A stretch of 64,000 nucleotides of DNA. Source: the human T2T-CHM13v2.0 reference genome, Homo sapiens. Under the pieces are notes generated by a model. That model was not told where the DNA came from. It searched no databases and was given only the letters and a program-made list of their open reading frames with translations. The stretch lies in NCBI RefSeq assembly GCF_009914755.1, contig NC_060934.1. One strand, given 5' to 3'. The position numbers and the translations under genes were made by a program. Position 1 is the first letter of the stretch. The number at the start of each line of letters is the position of its first letter. This document shows positions 13,060 to 27,213 of the stretch, piece after piece.

Positions 13060-15549
13060 CAGTAATTCCCTCTTCCTTTTATTAACTAAAAAATAAACAA
13101 AACTTAAATCTCGTGAGAGCAGCATTTAATACACAGAGAAAGATAAAAGAAGCAGGAATTACCCATATTCTGCAAGGTTTAGTAAAAAAAAATCAACACT
13201 TATTTACAGAAAGTGTGTTTGAGTGGAGTTCTGGCTGTTCTGAATGAGCAGAACCTACAAAGATGTGAAGGAGGTGTCTGGACCTGTGGAGCCGCTGAGC
13301 CTTGTGGCTGAGTGGGCAGGCTCTGGATTATTTCGCGCTCGGCAACCCATTTCCCCGGGTGCCCCTGGGCGAGCCATGGATCCTCTCCATGCCTCGTAGG
13401 AAAAATGGGGATAACAGTAGTACCCTTTTATCATGGGGTTACTAAGGACGCAAAGCAAACCATAGGTCCCCAGGGCCAGGCTCTTAGGGACCTTTGGTTA
13501 CTCTTGTTATATCAGGGGGCCCTGCAGTCGCACCTGTACCAGTATGTAGAAGAGACGTTGATATCTGCACACATTTTTAACAGTTGGGGGAACGACCTTT
13601 TAGTCTCATTTCTCTTTTCCTCTCTTTTCCTCACTTTGGCCTGTCAATCTGTTTCTTCTTTCTCTTATTTCCTACCCCCCGCCCCGCCCCCATCTTGGTA
13701 CTTCACTTTCCTGCCCTCTCAGAGCTGAAGCCTCAGTGGGAGGTGCCTGGTCCCAGAGAAACGGGTCCCTTCTGGGCAGCCTTGCAGGGCAGTCTCAGGG
13801 TCTGCCCCTCTCTCTCCAGTTGCTTCCATGCTGAGCACAGCCACTGACCTGGTGCAGCCTGGTCCTCGGGCTCTCCCTTTCTTGCTCGCTGTAGTACATC
13901 TGCTGTATGCCGTTCCTCCTGTGCTTAATGATAAGCATGTCAAAACCCGGTCCCCTCCCTTCCTGGAATTAGGTAGTCAGCTTCCCTCTCCCAAATCCAC
14001 CGTTCTCCAAGCTCAGAATTCTCTCCTTCCTCTTTGGTCTAATCTCCCTTCCATCTCTCACTTTGCAGACTTGGCCCAAATCCTTAACTCCGTGTGCATC
14101 TTAGGCAGCCTCCCTAGTCTCTGCCCTAGGCAACCCTGCCTTGCCCCCGCCCCATTCCTGTCCTTTCACAAACAGCAGAAATTGTATCACTGTCTCACTT
14201 GGAACAGTGTCAAATCTCTCCTCCTTCTAACAAAAGCATCATTCCTGTCATTTATCCTGAGAAAGAAAATCACATCCCCAGAAAAGAAAGTCATTTCAGC
14301 TGTAGCTCATTGGCAAAGACCCTCATGCCCCTTGAATCATATAGAACGTCCTCATCCCCCACTTCACACCTGCCCAACTCAGAAGCTTCCTACCTACCAT
14401 TCCATAGTTTTGGGCAGATCTTCATTCTCTAGATTCCCTATTCTCTCCCAAAATGGCTAACAAAGTTTTGTTCTAGCTCAAATAGGCTACTTGGGAAGAG
14501 GCAAAAAGGTTAGATTCAGTTGTGTCTTCCAGTGATGACCTTGATTCACACTTTTTTCTTCTTTTTTAAAAATAATGATTTGAGTTAACCAAACAATTAA
14601 AGGCTTACCCTATAGAGCCCCTAATATTCTCTTAATTTTGGAGAGGTCTAATTTGCTTTGTCCAGTTGGGGTGTGTGTGTGTACCTGATGTTTCAGTATG
14701 CTTTCTCTTTGTACTCAAACTCTCCCTCATAGCAACATGAAGAATGATGATTACTTTTTGTTGTGCCTAATAAACTGCTCTCCACTCAATGAATATTGTT
14801 ACTTGACTCCCATTACAACTCTGGGGGAATCTGGATTCACAGAGGAATAGAACCTTCTTACCAAATCTGGAGTGTGATTGTAATTTTACTTTTGAAGCAC
14901 CCGCTTCCCAGAAGAACTGCCAGTGATGGATGCCACTGTGAGGAACCCAGGTGCGCACGCTCATACATCAGCCGGGAAATCATATAAACAGCTCTCCCAG
15001 CAGGCCAGGGCTGACACACCCATTACTCCCCTATGGAAAGAGATGTGTCAAAAAACTCAGGGCAGCAGCAAGAAAGAGGCAGAGAAGAAGGAGTTGGGAG
15101 AGGATGGGTTTTTGTAGGTCCACCCAGTTTTTTTCCTTCCTCATCTTCCTCTGAGGGCAGCAGCAGCAGCAGGCTAAGGTTTGGATTTGTGGTTATAATG
15201 CTGTGTGACAGGATCATGGGGAGTTGTCTGGAAACATTTCTCCTGGGAGTGTGCTGTCAGCTCGTTTTCATAGTGCACATGAAGGGAAACATTCTGCTCT
15301 ATACACATGCCTTTATCCTTATATAGGTACAGGTGATGTCTACATTTTCCTTTGGGATGGATGTGGCCTACCTAGGCTAAGATCACGCTATGACATTTAG
15401 TCTCTTTGGAGAGCAAGTCTGTGTTGATTCCAGCAGGATGGGGCAGCAGGGGCTGGTTGCTAGGATGTCTGAAAACAGAGGATACTACTGGAGTGGAGGA
15501 GTGGAAGCAGCCCAGCAGGCCCACTGGTAGCCATGAGTGTGAGGATAGC
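13060..15549 (-). other. HPSE2: HPSE2 3' UTR (~2.5 kb, part of exon 12)
   Basis: Lies between the stop codon at 15550-15552 and the AATAAA at 13078-13083. Largely repeat-free apart from a MIR near 13330-13470. Confidence 0.75.
13078..13083 (-). terminator. HPSE2: HPSE2 polyadenylation signal AATAAA (ATTAAA also at 13125-13130)
   Basis: TTTATT on plus strand about 2.5 kb downstream of the HPSE2 stop, preceded by U-rich sequence in mRNA orientation. Confidence 0.7.
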
Positions 15550-15715
15550 TTATCGGTAGCGGCAGGCCAAAGCATTGACATTCTTGACCACAAAAAAGCC
15601 CATGGTGACTGGAGGGATGACCAATGTCCGGCCGGCCCGAAGGGGGCGGGGCTTCAATTCTGGGAGGGTCCCGTCGTCCACCATCACTAAGGGCTGGCCA
15701 TTCAGTTGCACTGAC
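15550..15715 (-). CDS. HPSE2: HPSE2 (heparanase-2) last coding exon 12: (K)SVQLNGQPLVMVDDGTLPELKPRPLRAGRTLVIPPVTMGFFVVKNVNALACRYR*
   Basis: Acceptor tttcctcactgtag|G. 166 nt to TAA, in phase with exon 11. Recognised heparanase-2 C-terminus. Confidence 0.97.
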
Positions 15716-15829
15716 CTACAGTGAGGAAAAACAGTATAGGACTCATTATTGCATTATAAGGGAGCCACTGCAACAAAGCCTAGCCCCAGATGGCCTGGCA
15801 GTGTCTGATACACACACACAGCTGACACT

Positions 15830-16040
15830 TATTGTTACTGGCTATGCCCTAGATTCTGACCTAGGTGCTTTACTTTAATAACTCATTCAAACATCCCAAC
15901 AACCCCCCACTCCCCTGAGGTAAGTAACTATTAATATCATTATCCCCATTTTATCTAGAGTGGCTAGGTGACTTGTCCCAAGTCACACAGCTTGGAGGTC
16001 CAGGGTTTGAACCCAGGTAGTCTACCTCCATAGACACATT
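15830..16040 (-). mobile_element. MIR element
   Basis: TTATCCCCATTTTAT...GGTGACTTGTCCCAAGTCACACAGC...GGGTTTGAACCCAGG. Confidence 0.7.
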
Positions 16041-16319
16041 TAGACAAGTGAAAAGTCTGTGATGCAGAAGCTAGAATGTTTCATTCCTATTTTTTAAAAA
16101 TCACAATATCAGCTCAGTTTGACTTTTCCACCTGAAGAGTTTTTACCTGTGGAATGATACATGGGCTTAAGATGACTTCAGAAATCTATTTAACTCATAT
16201 CTCATTAATTTACTTGACAGATTAGATAATTGACATTACCTTGCTTGTCTAAGGTTATACGGAAGGGAGACAGAGACATAGGTAACACCTCTACTTTTTC
16301 TAATTTAAGAATGAGTTTT

Positions 16320-16600
16320 GGCTGGGTGCAGTGGCTCATGCCTATAATCTCGCATTTTGGGAGGCTGAAGAGGGAGGATCGCTTGAGTCCAGGAGTTTGA
16401 GACTAGCCTGAGCAACATAGCGAGACCCCATTTCTACAAACAATATAAAAGCAAAATTAGCCTGGCATGGTGACTACTCAGGAGTTTGAAGTGGGAGGAT
16501 CACTTGAGCCTGGGAGGTTGAGGCTGCAGTGAGCCAAGATTACACCACTATACTCCATCCTGGGTGACAGAGAAACTCTGTCCCTAAAAAAAACAAAAAA
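16320..16600 (+). mobile_element. AluJ element
   Basis: GGAGGATCGCTTGAGTCCAGG / GGATCACTTGAGCCTGGG AluJ diagnostics. Confidence 0.9.
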
Positions 16601-18082
16601 TGAGTTTTCATATTTAATATTAACAGATGTTTCCATTTAGCAAAACAGCAAAGTAAGTGATAAAGTAGGCATTTGTGATCACAATTCACCTATCTTGCTT
16701 TTATTCTTTCTGTATAGCCAGCCACTTTCACCCTGAGAAGGGGGACTACATACATAGCAAACTTAGAAAAGAGAAACAGCTCATCTTATGCTGGATAGAG
16801 GGAAATGCCACCTATCCTTGACCTATGGTACCAGAATCCAGATAATGTTCCAGCTGTTCCTGACAGCCATGCACCCAGGTGGAAGCTTAGTTTTATGGGT
16901 CAGCAGAAAAGGCCAGAAACAGGCCACCAGCTGGAAATAAGGTTGTGAGTCACCCTCAGAAAATCAACATTGCATAGTGATGACTGTTTCTGGGCCTTGC
17001 CCAACCTCCAGTGTGATAACATTGCCGTGACATCATCTGAGCTGTAAAGAGAATAGAATGTTATAAATTGATATAGAGGTCTTTGTTTAGTGTTCCTTCT
17101 GTGCTATGAATGATAGACTGCTTTAGAGAGAGATAATCAGACCCATGCCCAATAGAGCAGTGAATTCCCAGAGATAAGTGTGTTGTAAATTGCTCCCAAT
17201 GGAGAGCTAGGCAGAGAAGAGATCCAGGCCTGGCCCCACATGGGTAAGTTTGGGCTAGGTCCAGATCTGATAGGCCAGAGGGAGCAGGCCCCCTCCCCTT
17301 GCTAGAATGACTGAGTGAATAAGTGAGTAGGAGGCTCCTATATGGAGAGCGAGGCCTGCCTCTGGAGGGCATGGGGGTGGGAGAATTGAGATCTGAAGGT
17401 CAGTGTTGACCGCATCAGATATGCAAGGAGCTTTTGCTTCCAAATATGAGAAGTGACCCTCTGTAGTGAAGACAGCCTACTCATTGGAGTGGAAGGCAGG
17501 GTGAGGAGAGTGGTTCAGTTACAAAAGAAGCCCAGATGGGTCTTCACAGTGTATTTTCATTATTTTGTTTCAGGTGCTATGAATATCTATCACCCAGATA
17601 TAAGCACAGTCAAACACGAGTTCAATAATACCGATTAATCTTTCTAAGGCATACTCAAATTTATATCAGGTCTCTGCTAGAAAACCTTCAATGGTTTCTC
17701 CCATATACAGAATTAGGTGCAAACCTTTCTTCTGAAGAATTAGGTAATGCCCTTTTAGATTCAGATGATCCCACAGTATTGACATCTTTGGGTTCTGGGG
17801 AGTGCAAAACAACGTGTGATTAGCAAACCTTTAAAAATCTATACTAATAAGGAGTAGTTGTCCTGGAACAGGCCCTATTCTGGTTTCTTTATTGGTTGGT
17901 TAAAAAGCTAAGAGTAGAACCAGGAAGCATGGTGAAGATTCTCTACTGAAATCTCGAATTCCAGGAGCCAAGTTGCTAACTAGCTAGATGGCTTTGGCAA
18001 ATCCCCTAACCTCACTGCCCTGTAGCTTTTGCATCTGTAAGAACGTTATATAGGCACCAAAGAAATGAAATAAGAAATATGA

Positions 18083-18453
<371 letters not shown>

Positions 18454-18479
18454 TGTTGTTGCTATTGTTTTTAATGTCA

Positions 18480-19150
18480 CTGTGGACAGATGCACTTGTT
18501 GGTCCTTATCATACCTGACTGCTCTGTGGTACTCACATTTTCAGGTCTCCATTCTCAAAACCCTCTCTCCCCTTGGCTCCCATGATATTTCTCTCTGTTT
18601 TCCTCCATTTCTGGATGGCGTTTTGTTTTCGTTTTTGTTTTTGTTTTTTTGAGAGGGAGCCATTCCCCTCTGCCTGCTTCTCAGATGCTAGGGTTCCTAG
18701 TGTTTTGTCCCTGGACTCTTCTGTCCCCACACTCTGCACTCCTCCCAGGTTGCTGCTGCTCTCACCCTTGACTTCGGTCACTATCCACAAGCTGATGCTC
18801 CCTAAGCTTGTATCTCTACCCTACCTACATTCTTTCTATGAACTTCTGTATCTCCACTTGGCTGTCCACAGGAATTTCAAAGTCACTAGGTCCAAATTCA
18901 AAATCTTCTCCTCAAACTCTGTCCTTATCTCTGCTTTTTTTTTTTTTATCTTTGTGATGGTACCGCCATTTATCCAATTACTGTACCCAGAAAGCTTGGA
19001 GTCTTCTGAGACTTCTCCCCCAATTCCCTTGTGTAGGGTAGCCAAGTCAAAATAATTCGACCTTATAGTGTTTTTCAAATCTGCTCCTTTTCCTCCATCC
19101 ACTGCTATCTTTTTAGTTCAGAACTTGCCTCCTAACCTATCTCTGTGCCA
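18480..19150 (+). mobile_element. L2 LINE fragment
   Basis: CTCCACTTGGCTGTCCACAGGAATTTCAAAGTCACTAGGTCCAAA resembles L2 consensus; C/T-rich. Confidence 0.6.
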
Positions 19151-19476
19151 CATTGCTGACAGTTATCTGTTGTCACTGCACCGCTTCAAACTTGCCAACA
19201 CTCCCCTTCCCTTACACTTTATTGTGAACAATGACACCCAGCTCCAGCTACCTCTCCAGTCTCAGATCCCGCCAGTCCCCCCTCCAACGCTCACTGTGGA
19301 TCGCAGACCTCTGGGAGTGGGCATTGGTAGGGGGTTGCCAGTTATTGTAAGAATTTCATTAATATATGCATACACAAAGATGACGAATGAAAAAATAATG
19401 TCTTTCACAGAGATGAGGTAAATATTTCTCAATGAAAATGTAAGTAGATATTGTTGGGATTGAAATACACAAGTTA

Positions 19477-19806
<330 letters not shown>

Positions 19807-19809
19807 TCA

Positions 19810-20108
19810 GGCCGAGTGCGGTGGTTCACGCCTGTAATCCCAGCACTTTGGGAGGCCAAGGTGGGTGGATCACGAGGTCAGGAGTTTGAGACCAGCCAGA
19901 CCAACATGGTGAAACCCTGTCTCTACTAAAAATACAAAAATTAGCCAGGTGTGGTGGCGCACACCTGTAATCCCAGCTACTCAGGAGGCTGATGCAGAAG
20001 AATTGCTTGAATCCGGGATGCAGAGGTTGCAGTGAGCCAGACTGCACCACTGCACTCCAGCCTGGGCAACAGTGCGAGACTCTGTCTCAAAAAAACACAA
20101 AAAAAGAA
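19810..20108 (+). mobile_element. AluS element, tandem to the AluJ
   Basis: Full dimer; TSD-like AGAAAACATTTTTCA / AGAAAATATTTTTCA. Confidence 0.93.
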
Positions 20109-21199
20109 AGAAAATATTTTTCAAAAGTAAATGCTAGTCAGCAGTTTTGGGATTAAAACATAAGTTCATTTAAAACTGTTCTTCAATTCCCAATAGATTT
20201 TTTTTGGGGGAGGGAGGTATCATGTACTTTTTAAGAAATAGATTTTGAAAGGACAATTACTATAATGTGGAAGACCGTGACATTTGTTGACATTTAAAAG
20301 GAACCCACATGCTTGAAGAGGCCAAGCCCCCGTGCCCTAGCATGACCAAATAAAATGACTTGCAGTTTTGCTTCCGAGTCATATCATTCTGTGCGGTGCT
20401 CCCTCCAGCTGTCTTCCTCTGCCAGACTAACTGCAATGGATCCTTGCAGCGTCTGTGTAGGTGTTGCCTCCTCTGGAGAACCTTCTCTGACCCCTAGGTT
20501 GGGTTTGGAGCCCCACTTCTGGACTCTCTTAGCACCCAAAGTTATTTCTAACTGTGGTCCTTATTGTAGTGAGTTACCTGTTTGATCCCTCACTGGGCTA
20601 TGAATCCTCAATGCCTAAAGAGGTGCTTGGCACAGAGTAGGGGCTAAATATTTTCTGAGCAAGTGAATGGGCTTTTGAGGCTCTTTTGCATTATTTCTGA
20701 TCTTCCTGGATTGAGTTTCTCCAGCTCTAAAGAGGCTCCCTGGAGGTTTGCTGAGTGTGTTTACAGATTTCATTAATGCGCCAATTACTATTGCTCTTGT
20801 TGGCTTGTGGAGATGTTAGATAAGATCTGAATTATCACTGATTCTCTCAGCCACTCACTAGATACCTCATTCCAACCTGACATAAGACCATTGATCATTG
20901 CTAGTGTTTTCCATCCTTAAAAAAGATCTATGCGACCATCTCTTAGCTAAGTGAGCATAAGTTAATTTTGTGAATAAGGTTTTGTGAGACCTTGAGTCCT
21001 CATACATCCTTATCCACAAAGTCCCTTCATTATAAAGATGGGCCATGTGCTTTATCACTTCCATTCTATTCTTCCTGCCTATATTTTTCTTTTAATATTT
21101 ATCTTGTTACCCAGCAGTCATATCATGCTAAATATAACAATAATCTTTCATTTAGATACATTGAACAGCTTGTAAGCTTGTAAACATAATCACATTAAT

Positions 21200-21620
21200 G
21201 ATAAAATTCACCAATTATGCAGCACTATTTATGCAAAAGGCACTATGCTATGATTTATTTTGACTATCTCATTTAGTCCTTACAACAATTGAGGCAGGTG
21301 TTAGCATTCCTGTATTACAGATGAGCAAATCAAAGTTTAGAGGGGTCTAAAACTCACCTAAGCCATACAGCCAATGAGTGGTAGAGCTGAGATTTGCACT
21401 GACGCCCTTAACCATAGCCCTATCTGGCCTCCCTTGTCACATGTGATTGCTAAAGAGCCCCAGGAGATACATAGGCCAGTATTACTATTATTGTAACTTT
21501 ACTATGGGGACAAGGTTAGACAGGTTAAGTGGTCTGGGCAAGGTCATGTGGCTAATAAGTGGCTAAGCTAGGTCTCAAATTCTGGCTTCCTGACCACCTC
21601 TTTCTACTATTTCATGTTGT
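21200..21620 (-). mobile_element. Two MIR fragments
   Basis: TATTACAGATGAGCAAAT...GGTAGAGCTGAGATTTG and GGTTAAGTGGTCTGGGCAAGGTCATGTGGCTAATAAGTGG. Confidence 0.6.
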
Positions 21621-22304
21621 TTCTCCAATTCCAGCTGGTGTTCACCAGGATTATGTTTCTTTCTTTGAAAACCGTCCTTATCATATTTTCATCATATTCT
21701 GAGACCTCCTAAATGGCCCGTGACTTTTTAAATCAAATGCTGAATGATCCAGCCTAGGTTGAACTATTTCTCTTAATTCCCTAGCTTGCCTGAACTGCTG
21801 AGGGTATTTAAATTATCCAAATATTAGGACAACTGCATTTTATCACCATCTGTTTTTACAAAGTCTGAGTTACTTTCCAATCCCTACACTTGTTTTATTA
21901 ATTTTGAATGTTATTTAAAATGGGATTCAAAGTGTCAGTTTGGAGTCAAGCCCTCTGCTCCCCAGGTCTCCATGGGAGCCCCTTGGCCTGGTCACTCCCC
22001 CGCTACCCTCCGCCCACCTGTCTACAGTCTCTGGTCTTCATGTCTTATCACTGTTCTCGATAGCCATGGATATTTAAGCAAGGTTTCAACTGTTCTGAGG
22101 TGTCAGGGAAGTAAGTCAGGGAGCATGTCCTTTTTAAAGCTTGAAGATAATTTTCTGGACTACAGTCTGGCAAGAGGGGATCTTTAGTGGGGAATTATGT
22201 GTTTTATCAGGAGCAGCCTTGGGAGCTGGTGTGTAGTTCAGGCTGGCATAGCATATTTTGGGGCCTTGAGTGGGAGGTGAAGGGACTTAAAGAAAATTGG
22301 TTCT

Positions 22305-22621
<317 letters not shown>

Positions 22622-22769
22622 TCACCCACCTTCAGAACATTTGCCTTCTCTGAGACTAGTTTCTCCATCTGTAAGGTGAGGGGTGATAGATCAGATGAAC
22701 CCTAAGATCCCTTCTGGCTTAACCGTTTTTCAGTTGGGTTGCCTATGACTAACAGCTAGCCTAAGGCAA

Positions 22770-23300
22770 AGTTTTATGCCAAGCCCAGAGTGATCCTGCA
22801 TAAACAGAAATCTGACCATGATATTGACCTGTCTAAATATTCAGTGGCTTCCCGCTGATCTTAGAACATTGTCTGAAGTCCCCATGCACAGGCCCTATTA
22901 TCTACTTCTCCAACCGCCAAGAGGCTCACTCTAGCTCCCGCCCCTTCCAGCTCCCTTCCACCCCCACCTCCTTTCATTCTTTACGGCCATTTATCTAATC
23001 GCGGCCTAAGCACAGGGGTTTTGCACACGGTTTCCTTCTACCCGGACCTTTCTCCATATGCCCTCCTCCTCCCTTCCAGCTTCCTTCTCCTGGCTAACTC
23101 TTACTTGTCCTTCAAGTCAGGGGTGCTCCCACAGGACCCAGTACTTCTTGGATCTCAGCTCCTGTCACACAGTATTGTGACCGCTGAGCTGACTGCTTGT
23201 CAGTCTCTCCACTAGATTGGAAGCCCATGTGTCTTACTCATCCGTCACTCTTCTGTCCGCCCACTCACACAGGAGGCGTCAATAAAAGACACATTGGATA
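22770..23300 (+). mobile_element. L2 LINE 3' fragment
   Basis: CAGAGTGATCCTGCATAAACAGAAATCTGACCATG...CCTGGCTAACTCTTACTTGTCCTTCAAG...CTCCACTAGATTGGAAGC. Confidence 0.65.
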
Positions 23301-23599
23301 TAAACACGTGGGCAAAAGAACTACTACCTAGAAGGAAAGACTCTGGACAGGAAGGCCAGAAACCCGTTTTAGTCCAGGCTTGGGACATGAAATGTGCAGG
23401 TCTAGGTATGTGACCAGCCGCTTCTGGTCTCAGTTTCTGGATTGTTAAATGATGAGAGAGAGGGAGAGAGGGAAGGGGGAGAGAAAGGAGGAGGGGCAGG
23501 GGAGAGATAAGTCCGACTGTGTGTTTGTATGGGCCTGCGCTTGAGTTATCAGCTCCCTTTCCTCCAGTGTGCTTTCCTAGGGGCCACTAGAGGTCACTC

Positions 23600-24070
23600 T
23601 TGTCCTACACAATGGTGCCAGGACAGTCTGACTTCGCGGTGGCACCCAGGAAGCCGGAATGCGTCCGCCTGCCTCCAAATCCCGCACTCCAGTCTCAGGA
23701 AGGCCGGGAGATGTGCCCTGCGCTTGGCCTCCCGGAGGAACAAATCACAGAATCAATCAAATCCCAACCAGAACTTCGTTGCGGTCCCGTTGGCAAGGGT
23801 CCCACCTGGAATGTGGCCTAATATTAAGGAAACGTGCGAAACGGGACTGCAATTCCTGCAGGGGTGCCGGCTTCCCGGCCAGCGTGCAGAGAACGGGGGG
23901 TCCCAGGGCAGGTGCGGGGTCTGCGGCGCCCGCCACGACTCGGCGCTGGGCTCTCCCGGGCTCCGGGTCCCCGGCTGCCCCCGGCCGCCAGTCGGGTCGG
24001 CCCCGCACCTGTTTGTGCTTTGCAGGCTCCCGGCCCCCTCGCTGAGCGAGGAAGCTGGTATGTGCAGCTG
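23600..24070. promoter_or_regulatory. Intragenic (orphan) CpG island in HPSE2 intron 11
   Basis: Abrupt CpG/GC enrichment (CGGCGCCCGCCACGACTCGGCGC...) not explained by a repeat or a coding exon. Confidence 0.85.
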
Positions 24071-26072
24071 CCCTGCCCTTCTCCAGGTCAGGGGCAGGTT
24101 AGAGTCCCGAGGAGGCCCAGTCAGGTTTGAGGACAGAGGGGCTTTGCTTCCCTTTCCTGCTCGGTGGGGAGACGGTGCATCTGGGGCAGCTTGAACAGGA
24201 AGTTCGTCTGAAATTGCCTTGAGTGATGGCTACCACGCTGAGGAAGGCTGCTCAGAAGTGGCCCCTGCAGGTGGTGTCGCCTGGTACCCCATGTCCGGCT
24301 GGAGGAAAGGCTCTAAGACCGTCATGACCCTCTCTGGGGTGCTCCCACTCCTCAGGAGTCACGGGGGCAATTACTTAAGTGTGTCCTGAACTTTTCTTCT
24401 ATGTGCTTTTTGCTCTACCTGGAATCCGGTGGAATCTCTCAAAAGCCTGTTCTTCCCTCCAGGCCCTGTCAGAGGTAGCCTCCTGCTTGGGACCTCACCT
24501 GATAACAAGCTGGGAGAGCGGCACATTATCTGCATCTCCCTTTTAGCGTCCCTCTCAGGCTTATTTTATCTGTGTGCTTGGGTCATTTTGTCTGCTACTG
24601 ACTTTTCATTTCTCAATTTTCAATAGTATGCGGCTCAGTGCCTTTTTGTCCATGATAGCTGTTTAGTTAATACTTGTTGAGTTCTGCTCAATCAACTGCT
24701 CTAGGAGTCATGCCTGGCTGTATGTTCCAATCTCTTCCTCTACTGTTGTTAACAGAGAGGACTGTAAGGGATAGAGAGAGAAAATGGGGAAAATAGTATC
24801 CTGTTCCCTTGCCCTTCCAACAGCCCATACCCTATTTGGAGTTCCTTGTCCCTAAGACATTTTGAGGCTGAGAAGTTTATTTGCCCTCCATCCTACCCTC
24901 TGAGGGACACGCTGAAATGGTGAGCAGTTTTGATCTAGCTTCTGTATCACTGACCAGAGAAAATACCAGGACCCTTTATACAAGCAGAGCTGGGGGTTTT
25001 ATAGGCAAGTTGTTAGGGATATAGGCTTTTCCTGGATGTAGTGTGGTTTGGGGGTCAGGATTTGATCTGTATTCTATCCAAGTCTGTGTAATAGTGATCC
25101 AATCCATAATGGACTCTACCATGTGCTTCTAATGGCTTAAAATAACTTAGCACACTTGGCAGACAAGATGAGAGCCTGACTAAGGAACCTGGATTTATAC
25201 TGATATTGTTAACTCCCAGCAGATGAGGGAATCATCTGGGGGAAGTTTGGAAAGAAAATCTGATCCTGCAGCCATCTCAAAGCTCCATGTCATAGGCATA
25301 TCACACTCAAACCACAGGACACAATAGGAACCAGCTATAAAAACCATGGAGACTTCAGCATGTGGTTAACTATGTCCCCCTACCACTGTAAAGAATTGGT
25401 GCCATCATCATCAACATTTACAAGTAGTGTTTAAGGGGCATTATTCATAGTTCCATCGTTCTTTTCATTGTACCAATTAAATTACAATAGACTTACTCCT
25501 TGTCTTCTAAGAAAACACTGAAATATGCAAATGTCTGAGCAGACACACCATATAAAGATATTACACAAAGAGCAGGAAGGGAGGAAAATCAGACTTAGCC
25601 TGGATTTCAAGGCCTTCTGCAGTCTGGGCTTATTATGTGTTTGTGGCCTTTCCCTTTGCCCCACAAAGCATCCTGTATTCCAGTCACATGAGATGATTTG
25701 CCACCTCCCAAACAAAATGACCCTTGAACTTCTGTACTTCCAAACCTTTAGTGATCTCATCCTGTTGCTGGAAGTTGCCTTTCCTACAGCCTTTCCTAGA
25801 AGTATGGCACATCCTTCCAGCTCCAGCTCCACGGCCTTCAGCCCTGAGACTTTTCAGATTCCCAAGTCAGAATTCATCTCTCTCTTTCTCATAATCCCAT
25901 CTCCTATATTTACCCTTAGGTGGTCTGTTTTGTCTCTGAGTTACGGTAGCCTCTGTGGAGAGGGACCAGGTTTCCCCAGCCCTAATTGTGTGGAGCTGGA
26001 GGAGAGAATGTGGGGCTACAAAGCATCCCCTTTACAGCAGTCTACAGGTGGAGTGAAGACAGGTAGGAAGGC

Positions 26073-26075
<3 letters not shown>

Positions 26076-26112
<37 letters not shown>
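26076..26112. repeat. (TG)n microsatellite
   Basis: About 18 TG units. Confidence 0.95.
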
Positions 26113-26115
<3 letters not shown>

Positions 26116-27213
26116 CACACATGTTAACACACGTTTTAAACATAACATGTTTAGTTATGTTTAACACACATGTTAAGGTGATAAATACCTGTTTTATTAA
26201 CTTTTGACAAAGTATTCCCCATGACATCAGGTGTACTGGTATAATCTCAAAAGGGAAAAAAGATGTCTCAGGTGGTACAGGCTCTGTTCCAGATCCCACA
26301 GATATCCAAGTGCAAAGTGTGGGGTGACTCTGAATCATTGTTGCAAGGGTAAGCAGGGAAGGCTAGTCTGCACGGGTATTGCTGGTGTTTGGCAGTGGGT
26401 CCACAGTTTAATGCTCCAGGCCCCTTGTCTGGAATGAGCCCACATCCTGCCCTGGGCTTCCTGATGCTTAGCAGCCAAAGAAACACCAATTCAGGGCCCA
26501 GGCCCCACTATAGGGATAAGCTGGATTAGAACTTTCAGTTCCTTAAGGCTTACATTTCTTCATCACAGCCTCTGGAAGGTGCAGGGGAAGAAGAAGACAA
26601 GGGCCATTTCTTCTCAGTCAGCCAGAACTGCCCACATATTCTGCTGCTCTCTCACTTTAGAATCAACTGTTTAGAAATATGTTAGCTCTACCCTAACTTG
26701 CCCATTTACAGGTGTTTCGTCTAGGTCATCTGGGACAGAATGGAAATCCCTGCCTACAACGAGGGTCCCTAAGTGAGTGGAGGTGAAGAGGGGAGACCAC
26801 AGCCTTAATGGACAGCTACGCAGAGTTTCCAGCTGCTGGGAGTGAACTGGAGGAAAATATATTCTGGATCTGAGAACAAACAAAAAACTCTCGGAAAATA
26901 ACAGTGAAAAGCCTAGATTCCTAAACATCTTGGTTTAAAATGTCAAGTCGCTGTAAAACATAAAAGCATTTCATAATCCTCTAATCGGCACAGTGATCTC
27001 CACATTAGTAATCTGGGAGTTAAAACAAAACAAACAATAAAACCTTTGAGAAGCCAGCACTCATCCTTCCACTCAGTCACAGAGAACTCCCAGGGGCTCA
27101 TGGCATGTTCACACCTTTGGCAAAATGGCATAGCGCCTGAATGAAGAATATAATCTGGGAAAAATCGAAGATACAAATCATCTGGGATCTTGTTCTAGAA
27201 GTTTATAGCGGGA

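Noticed and set aside
13828-14460. 210-aa plus-strand ORF
   Set aside because: Antisense to the HPSE2 3' UTR, low-complexity L/S/P-rich, with no recognisable domain or splice context. Likely a chance ORF in pyrimidine-rich sequence.
23529-24194. 221-aa ORF and overlapping ORFs across the intragenic CpG island
   Set aside because: Stop-codon depletion in GC-rich DNA opens several frames on both strands; no protein family resemblance.
25525-26127. 200-aa plus-strand ORF ending in a (TG)n repeat
   Set aside because: Appears to run through degenerate repeat-like sequence and a microsatellite; no coding features.
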